Origin: Paraspadella gotoi
Lineage: Eukaryota > Animalia > Chaetognatha
Length of the DNA: 64,000 bases
Direction: 5' to 3'
Assembly (NCBI GenBank): GCA_051294375.1
Contig: CM119265.1
Span: forward strand, 902,089 to 966,088
Part shown: piece by piece, positions 1 to 11,937 of the stretch
Layout of the letters: each line of letters opens with the position of its first letter
How positions within the stretch are numbered: position 1 is the first letter of the stretch
The notes under the pieces: generated by a model
The model's database searches: none
Seen by the model: the letters and a program-made list of their open reading frames with translations, nothing else
Told to the model about the DNA's origin: nothing
Translations under genes and position numbers: made by a program

Positions 1-3000
1 GACGCTTCGTTTGAAAAGCGTCGGGTGTGTCGCCATTTGCTGTCATCGACGATCACTCGGCCCTTTTTATCGCGTCGAACGTACGAGCCAACGCGTTATT
101 AGTGCGACGCACCAGCGTAATTATAAGAGGCCTTTTCTCCATTTCTCTCTTTTTCGATTTTTCTTTTTTCGATTGAAACGTTGAAAAAAAGATTTCCTTT
201 TGAGCGGTTTTTCTTTCTTCTCGAAAAGGCTTTTTTTTTTTTTTTGTTTTCGGGTCTGCTCTGGGCCCGGCTTTCGTTCGCTCTTCCTCTTCTCTCTTCT
301 TCTCGTTTTCTTTCTTTCTTTCTTCTCTTTCGACGCCATCTTTCACCTTCTCTCTTCTAGGTCAACTTTGGCCTCATCAATCTGTCTCTATATTTCCCCC
401 TCCTTCCTTTTTCATCTCCGTCCTTCGCTAGGTTTAACGGGATCTCGTTCGGAGGGAAAGGGTGATGTTTAGGTTTGGCTGGTGATTTATTTCTCCTCTC
501 TTATACCTTTGGCGATGAAGCTTTTGCCCTCCGTCCTAGTTTCGAAGTTTTTACAATGCTTTACATTCTACTTGCTTTTACAATACTTTACATTTCTATT
601 TCTATTTCTATTTCTACTTATTTAAAACCAGTTCCTTTTTTTCTTTGTTTCGTCTTTTCTTTTCTCTTCTCGGCCTTAGTTTCTAAAAGTTTGCGAGTCG
701 CCTGTTGCCGCCTTGAGCCTTCGGTCTGTGTGATAGACGAGATTTTGGCCGAAAACTGTGACCTTGAAGTGATTTCCGTTCTCTTCTGAACAATTTTCTG
801 CGGCCGGTGTATAATCGTTCGCATTTTGTTTCCCGTGGGTGCGGCCCCGGTCCGCCACTAGATCTTCTTCGTACGTACACTAAATCACCGATCGTTTAGT
901 TCTCTTCTAGACGCGGGGGTTTTCACCATTCGGTTTTCCCCTCTCTCGTTGCTCTGAAACGTTCCGAAGCGCTTGTTCAGCTATCTTCTGTGATCGGCGC
1001 GCGCCAGATTCGCGTTTTTTCTGCTACTTTCTTTTGCCAAAGGCCGGTCTTTAGGCGAGCGTACGTTCTTTTCGTCGCGGGTTGCTTCGACTATCTCGGT
1101 CTTTATTTCGCAGAACTGTAGGTTCACTGGGCGGGCTCATGTCAGCTTTTCCATCCTGTGTGGCCGTGGCGTTTTAGTGCCAAGCATTAGATGAAGCTAC
1201 TCTTTTGTCCATCCGTTTGGATTAGTCGTTTAATGCATTTTCTTAGGCTTTGTGCCGAAATTCGCCCGAATATTCTCTTTCTGCAGCGATTACTGCTTTT
1301 ATTTCTTGATACGAGGACTCGTCGCCCACTCATATCGTCAGCGAGGTCAAGTGATACTGCGCATCTCTTCGGCCGATTTAGCCGCATCGGTCGGCGCCGG
1401 TCGCAAATTTATTTCTCAATGTAACTTCCATGGAGAAGAAAAATATTTTGTCGAGGCGGCGATGCATGTGTCCAGCGTCCGCTCTCTTGATTGGCATCGC
1501 CCATTTGTACGCCGGAAGGCGTTATCCGCCGCTACGAGGACGTTTGGAATCCTCCGCTCGGGGTAGTGCATCACATCGATGGACAGCGATTCCCATGGAT
1601 TATAGCATAAGGGGCGTTTGGCTTGGCTGACCGGAAATGTGCCTTAAGAGGCTTCTGCGTTTGGATGGCCGAGGATGTGCGCCGCAGCCTTTATAATTCC
1701 TCGTCTTCAATCTGCCATTTTCTCACGTTCTTCTCTTAGCCGGCAGTGTAGGCGTTGGGTTCTCGTGTGTGGGACTGTGATATTTCCTCGTTATAGCCTT
1801 CTCGTTTCGGCATGACATCGATCGAGGCTTCGCATTGCGAGTCTCCGATTTATTTCCCGTTCCTGGGCTCTGGTGATCCTGGCGTTATTTCAAGCTCGGT
1901 AATGTTCGCCGTTATACGCCGGCGTTATGGCGTTGTTGTCTTTTCAGAGGTAACGCTCACGCGTGTCGGGCGGGGAGGCTCTCCGATGACTGAATTCTGG
2001 CTTATTTTCTGCGTGTTCGGGGGCGACCACGTCGGGGTCTTGCCCCCTCCCTCTCCAGGTCTTCGGTGGTGAGGTGAATGAGGTCCGCCTGGGTATACGG
2101 CGCTCTGGGTGAGGCGGCGTGTTGTTCGTCTCCGTCTGGTTCGCATCGGGAGCTTGGCTGGCTCCAATCCTCCTCTGTTTTCGTGGCGGGACGGTCCGAT
2201 GAACTCCTCCACTCTGGCCGGCCCGCGCCTCTTCTCGTAGTGAGCGAGGGAGTTGGCGGCGCCGCGAGCGGCCCCCGCTGTCCCCGGCGTGACTGTGCGG
2301 CGTACTCCTTGCGCGTCGCTCGTTGTTTGCTCTGTGCCTTTTGGCAGCGCCTATTTACGGCCGTGTCTGGCGGAAGTGACCGCTCTTGGCGGCTTGTCAA
2401 TGCCTCTGGGCGTGTCCGCTTCTCTCTGTTTCGCCTCCTCTTTCTCTGCCTCCGAAAAATAATGTCGCCGAGGGTGATATTGTGTAGACCTCTATTTCCT
2501 CTCGTCTCGGCTCTTGCGATCGCTGTCTCAGCTTTCGCTCGTTCTCTGTATCCGCTTGATTTTCGAGACTTGGCCTGGTTGTTGTTCGAAAAAATCTTTA
2601 TCACTCTGGACCCTCCTTTGTTCCATATACTCTTTCCACTTTTGCAGCCCGCTGGGTTGCGAATTCTTCCTCGAGCATGATAATGCCAGATGCCCGTCAT
2701 TTTCCGCGAGGGAGTTCCACCTCTGGATGGCCTAAGTTCCAGTCTTTCGCAAGATTGTTCTGATAAAGCCATCGTTGTCTTTTGTTCGGTGAGCCATTAA
2801 TTTCTTCTTATGTTTTCTCTCCTCTCCTTCGAACTTTTCTTCTCACAAATTTTAAAAAATTTGTTCGTGAACGGTTTTCATCGACTTTTAGGGCTTCGGC
2901 TATTAATGCTAGGGTCGGCCGCTCCACCTGTTCTCAGTTCCAGGTGTCCGCCGGCCAAGTTTCCCCGGTTATGGCGGTTTTCGGATGCTAGTCCCGCTTC

Positions 3001-6000
3001 GTATTCGCCATCGACATCGAAATCCCGCGGGGAGGAAAGGCGTGTCCAATGGCGTTATTTTGTCCTTGTTCGGGTAAAACGCGTTAGGAAGTCGGCGGGG
3101 TTGTCTTCACTCATTTACTAAGATCACCGCTCGAACGGCGTGGCACTCCCTTGATCTTCGGTTATTCCACCTTAGCACATTCGTCGGTAAGAGTTGTTTG
3201 TTGTCGTGTTTTGCATTTCCATAGACTCTGTTTAAAGTATTGTGAGGGTCTGTTATTTAGCGGCACCCTTCGTCCGCAGATGTAGCCTTTGAATTTTCTT
3301 ACCCATCAATGTTAAATGCCAGGCGTTTCTAGGAGATTAATGTGTTTTTATTACTGTATTCCTCCCCGGGAATGACTTTGAGTTGAAAACACAGTGGGTA
3401 TTCTACCCCTTCTGCTGTGGCTAATGTGATTGAGCCACTCCCATTGCGCTCGTGCTGGCGTCGGCGTATATATCTTGTATTCGCCATTCTTTATTTTTGC
3501 CATCGTTTAGAAAATTTAACTCCTGGGGTTGATTTTATTCTCTTCTACAGCGTTCGAGCGCGGCCTTCTTGTGCGTTTCTCGTTCAAAACGGAAAGTTTG
3601 CCTTGTCGACCAGCGTCAAGGGCATGCAACGGCATGCCCCGCCAAGTAGAAGAAACCGGTGAGTTAAAGCAGCGGTTAGTAATTTAGAGAAGCAAAAGCA
3701 GGGCCTCTAAGCGTCCTTTTGCGTTTTCATTTTTCGCCGCAATTTCACTTCCACCTGTTCTAGTTTTTCGCGCTGTGGCCGCAGCTTGGTCTCTCGAAAT
3801 GCTGAATTCGAGTATTTTGAATGTCGTCCTTTCGGAGGAGGACACTTGCTTCGTCGCCACTTGAGGATCTACGTCTCTGCTCGTCTGCATATTTCGAGGG
3901 AATTCTCTGGCAGTCGGTTGTGGCGCACCCATCTTCGGGATTTGATGTCGACGCGTAACTAACACATATCCACAGACTGCCGGGTGAGGATATGAGGTCC
4001 GTCGACGTAGATGAGGGAAACTTTTTCACGCTCCTCTACCCAGGTCCGTCGAATATCTCGTCTAAGGCATGGCCTGGAGTAACATTTATTGCTGTTTACT
4101 CCCCCATTGAGCTAACATTCAAAATCTGCCAATTGTGGCCTAGCCCAGGCGAAGAAGCGGTGACTGGCTTGCCATTCTGTCTGCGTGTGTCGGTGAGATT
4201 AACTTGGTGGAAACATGCGAGGATGTCAACGGAGCATTGTAGCTCGTGAGGTTTATATTCTTCCAGTATCGACGCTATTGTCTGAGGTTCAGTAGCAAAA
4301 GTCGATATGTTATTGTTCACCGCTGATAAGTCACATATGAGGCGCCATTGTTTCGCGAATGTTTCGTCATCCATTTTCTCCTGATTTTCAGCTATGTGAT
4401 TTGGCTTCTTTATGAGGAACGCGTTTGAGTACGCTTCCCCTGAGGTCCTTGACACAACGCCGGCTTTCTCGTACACTTTGAGGTATTGTTTCAGTGCCGC
4501 CTTCTTTACTGGGCCTTGGTTTACGAATCTGGGCTTTGGTAAGTTTTCTCTTGTGAATCCTAGATCGACTTTATAATTTAGAAAGCCCTCCTTGCAGTCG
4601 TTTATAGTTTCGCCAAACACATCTCTGAATTCCCAGACGACGTCCCAGACGATTTTTGCCTTATCCACTAGGGATTTATCTACTTCCTTGAACGGGCGGA
4701 GGAATTCCTCTTTACCNNNNNNNNNNTGCTTGTTTCGGCGTCTTTCTCTGGCTTCGTGGGCGGCTTCGATCTCGGCTTCCGACGGTTTGTGATGAACGAT
4801 CGTTGTCGGTGGAATATTTTCTTTTCTGACCTTTCGTAGTCGCGGCGATTCGCCTGATAAATCAGCTTGTACTGGTCTGGCGGTGAGTCTCGTTTTGAGG
4901 CCAAGTTCGTCCTTCGCTTCCTCCGTGATGATCAGCCTTGCTTCCCCCCAGAAGCCCGGGGTGCCGGGCAATTTGACGCCATGGCGGAGCTCGTTTCCTG
5001 TTACTGAGCAGGTCGTTTTTTCATCGGCTGATTCGACGATCCATTTCGCCTCAGCAAGGGATTTCCAGTACGTCCTCGCCGCTCTTACCATCACGCGACC
5101 GTCCTCGTCTCTCTCGGCGTATAACGGGATTTGCGTCTCCTCGTCGATGCAGCGGTGGGCTAACCATCTCGCGGCCTTGAGCGCGTCCTGTTTGTTCTTG
5201 TACAGGTGTGTTATGGGTTTTTCTGCCATGTGAGCAACTTGCATACCTTTTGTTTGCGCTGGTGCCACTACCCACATCTCCGCCGCTGGGCCTGGATCCG
5301 TGGTGGCGGTGCCGATTATTATATCCTTGTCTTGTTCGTCTGGTGAGACGAAAAAAACTGTGTCCAGGACCCAGTTCTGGAACATTACTCTCAGATTTAG
5401 TCTGTCTTTTATGACCACGACGCCATTTCCGGTTGTGACTCGGACCGGTGTTCCTGCATAGATTTTTCTGTGTAGGGACCACTCGTCGACGAATCTTCTC
5501 GGGATCGTGATCGAGGCGCCGGTGTCGTAGAGGCAACTCGCAGGCGCGCCGCCCCGCCGAGCTCACTACGAGCTAGTATGTAACGTAGTTTCCCGAGCCG
5601 TGCACCGGCCTGCCCGTGTCCGTGCGGCCGGTTCGGGGCTGGGTTTTGTCCGCGGACTAGATCCACCCAAATCTGGTCGGTAGCGGCGGAGGCGCTTTCG
5701 CCTTTCTCGGTTTCGGCGGTCGGTGCGGCAGAATTCGAAAGTTTTCTGGCCGCGTGCATTCGACTGTCAACCCTTGCCTGATCGTTCGCCTGGTGCATTG
5801 ATTCGCCTTCGGGTTGCCGACAACGACAGCGTAAGTGGGTTATAGACAGCTTCTCCCCTTCGCATGTACTAGTCGTAGCCTGCTTCCACTTCTTCTTGTG
5901 TGCCCGTAGCCACTTACCTTCCTTTCCGTTCTTGTCTTCACCATGTTTGCCCAATGTTCTCCGTGCTCCTTCTCTGTCGGCTTCTTATTCGCTCTGCGGC

Positions 6001-7183
6001 ATAATTTTTCACAAATCTTAGCCTTTTTGTTTAATGCCTCTTTCTCTACGCCTTCCAGGTGTCGCCATCTCCTTGCTGTCTCCTTTAACATCGACATCGC
6101 GAGGATGCACCTATCTCTGGCGTTTAAGCGGTTTAAACAACTTGTGCAGTCAGCCTGCGCGCAGATTTTCCTTAGTAATGACATCTGCGATATCGTGGTG
6201 AATTCTGTAGTCCTCCTCGTGGGGGCGGGCTAGGTTTTGTACTTCCCTGCCATGTCCTTTATCCTTTTTCTCCACTCCTTGCTAGCTTTTTGTTTCTGGC
6301 CTCCTGCATGCGGGGACTTTCTTCTGAAAATTTTTGAATAGATTTTCCGTTTCTTTATTTTCAACATCAAACAAAACTCTTCTCGTCACTAACTCTTCAA
6401 ATCTGCATCTCTGCGTTTTAATCAAAATTTGTTGTATCTATTTACGAAACGCCCTTGTTCTCTCTCCCCATTCCACTGCGCCTTTTCGTCCGCGGCGCGG
6501 CCATCCTGTTGCGCGGCGGAGCCTACTTGGTTCCTCCAGTGTTTTCCTTCCTCCACCGTGGTCCGGCCGCGCCATCATTGCGTCGCTTGGTCTTGGGGCT
6601 GCGGCGGCCTGCCCTTCTTAGTTGCCTTTATGACTTTAACAAGCTTTCTAGCAACTCCTCTTGGTTAGTATGATTCTCCATGAGCATGTTCGTACCTGGT
6701 AGAAGGTCTTCGGCCTTTCTCCGGCTTTGCCGGAGGAGTCCGACTTGTTTGACAGTGGAGTCGGTGGTTTATGCGACGGATCGCTCTCCTTTCACGCGTG
6801 TTGATGAATTCAATCTTGCCGCGCGACGTGCGCGTGTCCTCTGCGCGCGTCAACGTAGCCACGTTAGAATACCACTCGTTCTGCTGACCGATTCTCGACG
6901 CGCAGTCCCTCCGCCAATGAGCCGGCGGGAACTCATCCTTGAGACGATATCCCTGCGTGCGTACTGTTTCCAGCGCCTTTTGTGAGAAGCCTTGCCACGT
7001 GAACTCGTGGCGCGATCAGCCGGTCTTCGATTCCTCCGCGACGCGGTCCAAATTTTCATATAGACCTTGTTGACCAGTGCTAGTCCGCTTCGGAATGCTC
7101 CTCCGGTGTCCACAGTGACGAAACCTTGTCCGCGATCTTCTGCCGGCCCCCAATCGACAGTCCTCTCCACATGTCGACCAGGC
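1..7183 (-). mobile_element. Ty3/gypsy-like LTR retrotransposon, gag-pol region, heavily frameshifted; LTRs not visible
   Basis: Minus-strand motifs in the order PR-RT-RH-IN. Protease CLYDTGASITI ~5505-5535 and DIIIG. RT NAFLIKKP...WRLICDLSAVN...SVDILACFHQV (ORF 4096-5418) and LIYVD(+1)DLI at ~3991-4015. RNase H-like ITD motif ~3250 and a possible GxNN end motif ~3050. Integrase-like HILGH ~1670 and SRNKSSNR ~1285-1310. The element is cut by the N gap at 7184 and by the window start. Confidence 0.8.
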
Positions 7184-9268
7184 NNNNNNNNNNNNNNNNN
7201 NNNNNNNNNNNNNNNNNNNNNNNNNNNNNNNNNNNNNNNNNNNNNNNNNNNNNNNNNNNNNNNNNNNNNNNNNNNNNNNNNNNAGATATTAACGTTAATA
7301 GCTTTAGATCGAGAATGAATTTACTCTCCAAAGAAACGGATAACAATAACAATAGAAATACTAAGTATAAGAGAGACAATGGAATAAACGACTGAGGGAC
7401 ATTTTATGGACAATTAAGAACATGATTACAAGGTCACACAAACGGTGAGAGAGAGAGAGNNNNNNNNNNNNNNNNNNNNNNNNNNNNNNNNNNNNNNNNN
7501 NNNNNNNNNNNNNNNNNNNNNNNNNNNNNNNNNNNNNNNNNNNNNNNNNNNNNNNNNNNNNNNNNNNNNNNNNNNNNNNNNNNNNNNNNNNNNNNNNNNN
7601 NNNNNNNNNNNNNNNNNNNNNNNNNNNNNNNNNNNNNNNNNNNNNNNNNNNNNNNNNNNNNNNNNNNNNNNNNNNNNNNNNNNNNNNNNNNNNNNNNNNN
7701 NNNNNNNNNNNNNNNNNNNNNNNNNNNNNNNNNNNNNNNNNNNNNNNNNNNNNNNNNNNNNNCTCTCTCTCTCTCTCTCCCCGCTTGGCATGCACCAGTT
7801 ACATAAAAGGTTCTCCAAAAAGGAAGATTTTTCAAATCATTGAAATAACTGGCGATTATAAATTATTATTTAAGACTCAGAGACATTGCGAGCGAGGGTC
7901 CAGTTGTAATCCGCAGATCTGATTATTGGTTTAAAAAGATATCAGTCGTATGACTCTTCCAGGTTATCGTTTAAATTCGAGCGGGCAGCTTTTTTACTTA
8001 TCTGTTAACTAACTGTGGGTGTGATTCTTTCGTTTCTAAGATATACATTACTCAGTTTTATTTTTTTGGTTCGGAAAAGAAAAAGGTACAGATAGTTATC
8101 TGCATACACTATTTTGACATGTAATTCGTTAACTCTTTGACTTGCTACCTTTAATGATTATTATTCCATTTTCATACCTATGCTGATCAAAAGAATAATA
8201 AAACCTTACTTAGTTTAATTGTAGTTTTTATATTTTAAGTTTCTCCTCTTAGAGAATTATCTTCACCCCATTGAACAGAACGACGATTTTATAAATGATT
8301 GATTAATTAATTGACTTTATTGATTGATTGATTGATTGATTGAATGTGTTGATTGATTTATATTGTTTGATATTGATTGGTATTGAAACTTAATAAATAT
8401 ATTATAATTGTATTATAAATTTAATGCTGAAATGTTAAGTTCATTAGGGTGTAAGTTTGCGTGTTTTGTATTGTATTTGTATTTTTTTTCTAAATAATAA
8501 TAATATAATAACAGAGAGGAGAGAGAGAGAAAAAGAGAAGAGAGAGGGTCGAAAGGCTATCAAACCGATTTTCTTTTAAGCAATTAAAAATGTCGTGTTG
8601 GAGCCAAATCGCATGACATCCGGATAACTCATGACTTTTACATATTATATCCCTAAAAGGTGACAATAGTTCCTATTAAAATATAAAATTCCCCGTCTTA
8701 AAAAAGCAAAAATTCTTTTTTTACGCTTTTAAAATGATTTACACTCGACTTTAAACATTATGGTAAGTAATAAGAGTATCTTTTTTGTATTTAATTTTGT
8801 CTTTAACTTTAACCAGAATAGTTTATATTATACTTTATAGATCAGATCTTTAATCAGTCAGAATTTCATGAGCTCTTCTTCGTATAATATTGTTTCTTGG
8901 TTCACTTTACTAAAAAATATAATTGAGACCTTTGCTGTAATCATTTTCATTATCTACGAAAACATAATAATTGATTGAGCATTCGATAGATCGTTCAAAA
9001 TAATAATATTGAGAATAAAGAATAAGTATAAAATGTATCGCTGCATAACTGATTTAACCCTTTTATTGAGTTTGGAGCCAAAACATTTTTTTTCATTTCC
9101 AACTCTCCAATATACATATCGCTCTATCTATCTATCTGTCTAGTCAATCTCTCTATCTATTTATCTTTCTATCTCTTCTCATCCTCCTCTTCCCATCCCT
9201 CTCCCGAGGAGCCTTCCCTTTTTTAGTTCAGTCTTCGTGAGTCTCGAGTTCACCCTTCCTCCGTCCCC

Positions 9269-9376
<108 letters not shown>

Positions 9377-9514
9377 CTACTCACCTCCTCTTTACGCTAA
9401 TACTATTTCCGGCCAGGGACTTTCCTCAATAAATACTTTCGATACGATATACGATTTCTTCTTCAGTGGTGCCCAAATAAGTGGGGCTCGAACTCACGAT
9501 CTATCTGACTAATA

Positions 9515-9577
<63 letters not shown>

Positions 9578-9622
9578 TTATCTTTCCTTCAAACCGTAAT
9601 TTTTGTTCAAATTTTCTTCCAG

Positions 9623-11887
9623 ACAAAATTAAGCTTCATCGTCGTCGTCGTCGTCGTCGTCGTCGTTCTCGGTGTAAAGAAGGCAGAGGGAACAGACGTG
9701 ACTGCAACACCGGTGAGAAATAACAATAAATAATTAATTTATAATTATTTTTTAGGTAATTACGTAGTAATTTTGCTTAATATTATACTTATATATCTTA
9801 TTTAATATACTCTTGTTTGTTAAATGTTTAACAAAAACTTTTTGTACGTTTTTTAACTATTTAATGAGAGAGAGAAAGGAAGGAAGGAAGGAAGGAAGGA
9901 AGGAAGGAAGGAAGGAAGGAAGGAAGGAAGGAAGGAAGGAGGGAATAAAAGAAAAAAGGAAAAAAAGGAACAAAAAAGGAAGAAAGGAAAAGAACAATTT
10001 ATAGTCGAGAAACTAAAAAAAGAAGAGATTTCTAATCTTTTTTCGGTTAAGGAAAAAAATAAAGGTTGGTGATGAAATGGAATGAAGATTAAAATTAAAA
10101 TTGAATGAAGATTAAAATTAAAAATTGAATTAAGATTAAAATTAAAATTAAATTAAGATTAAAATTAAAAATTGAATTAAGANNNNNNNNNNTAAAAAAG
10201 ATTCTATTTAATTATTTTTAATTATATCAAAATATTGTACCTTTTTTTTCAGCCAAATACAACTGTTACAGCCTCAACTGTGAATCTTCAATCAAATGCA
10301 AATTGTTGATGAATTTCACAGACTGTTTCTGCATGTCAGGCTGGAGAGGATGGGCTTGTGACGATGGTATTATAATTTTAAATCTTTTTTAAATAACAAA
10401 TTTAAAAACAAAAGTTTTGAATCTTTTCAGCCAGTGACGATTGCCCTGAGTATCCCTGCCGAAATCAATGGAATTGCATCGATTTGTACCAAAAATATAA
10501 TTGCTCTTGTTTGCCGGCAATGAGCGATTTGATGTGTCCTGATGGTGAGAATATTTTTATTCAGCTAAAAAATATTTCAACCAATGTATCTATAAACAAA
10601 ATATATATTTAAACAAAGGTTACATGAACATTACTGATCTAAGTGATGAATTGGATTTTTCGTTGGCGATCTCATCCACAGAAACAACTCGGGTAATTGT
10701 GAAGTTATCTTTTTATTCTGGTGTCTTGGACCCTTACCCTTGGACCCTTACCCTTACCCTTACCCTTACCCTTGGTCCCTTACCTTCTTAATTTAAGAAG
10801 TTTGTGTATTTTGGATTCTCTCTCTCTCTCCCATTCTTTTGCTCTTTCTTTTTCTTTTCGTGAGATTTTCATTTAAATTATTTTTGTGAATGTTAAATAT
10901 TGCCTTTTCAATCTGTAGTTTTTACAAAATAAAAAAAAAATTTAACAAATTATTTTTAAGAATACATTTTTTTAAAAAAAACAACTAAACATGATAACAT
11001 TATTTTTAAACTCAAGTCAACGAACATGCATTTTAATTAATAGCGCGAATGGACGTACGACTTGCAAAACAAACTTGCTACATTCTGCGACAAAGGAAAC
11101 ATTTCTGCCGTAAAAGACTTGATCCAAGAATTTGGTTTTCAAATCGTGATCGAGCCAAAACACTCAGCCTGGTCCGAATGTTCTTTCCGAGCGGCTTCCT
11201 CAGGGCAAATAGCTCTCTTGGAATATCTCTTTCAAAATGGGCTGGACGTCGATGAAGTTGATATTTATAACAGTTTCAATTTATTGAACCACGTTATTTA
11301 TGTGAGAGGAGACATCGAAGTAATTCGCTTTCTGCTTCGCAAAGGAGCAGATGTTTTCGCCACCTCTGATTACTATAGTCATTATTCTCCTTTGATGTAT
11401 GCGATTGATCTAAGATTAGGGCAAGTGGTGACAGAGTTAATCGCTTGGGGCGCCACTGTGGAATATTACGACAGTAGTTGGTTTCGAGCGTCATTAGCAG
11501 AAGAGAAAATCCAAAACGCAATTGAGGATGGAAAGAGAATACAAAGTTCTCTTATTGGTGAGAGAGGGAGAAAGAATTAAAATAGAGAGAGAGAGAGGAG
11601 AGAGACAAGAGAGAAGAGGATGGATGGAGAGAGAGCAGAGAGAGAGAAAAAAAAAAAATAAAATAGAGAGAATAGGAGAGAATATGGATGTATATAGAAG
11701 AAACAAAGAGAGAGAGAGCAGAGAGAGAGAGAGAGAAGAGAGAGAAGATAATAACGAAGAGGAGAGGAAAGATTAATTATAAAAGAAAAGTAGAGGACGG
11801 AGAGAGAGAGATAGAGATAGACGAGTAGGAGAGAGAAGAAGAGAGAGAGAAAGAGAGAGAAGAGAAGAGAAGAAAGAGAGAGATGAT

Positions 11888-11937
<50 letters not shown>

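Noticed and set aside
10730-10786. Telomere or chromosome-fusion remnant (also 22905-22930 and 31255-31330)
   Set aside because: Short, degenerate and not head-to-head; the genome is rich in microsatellites.
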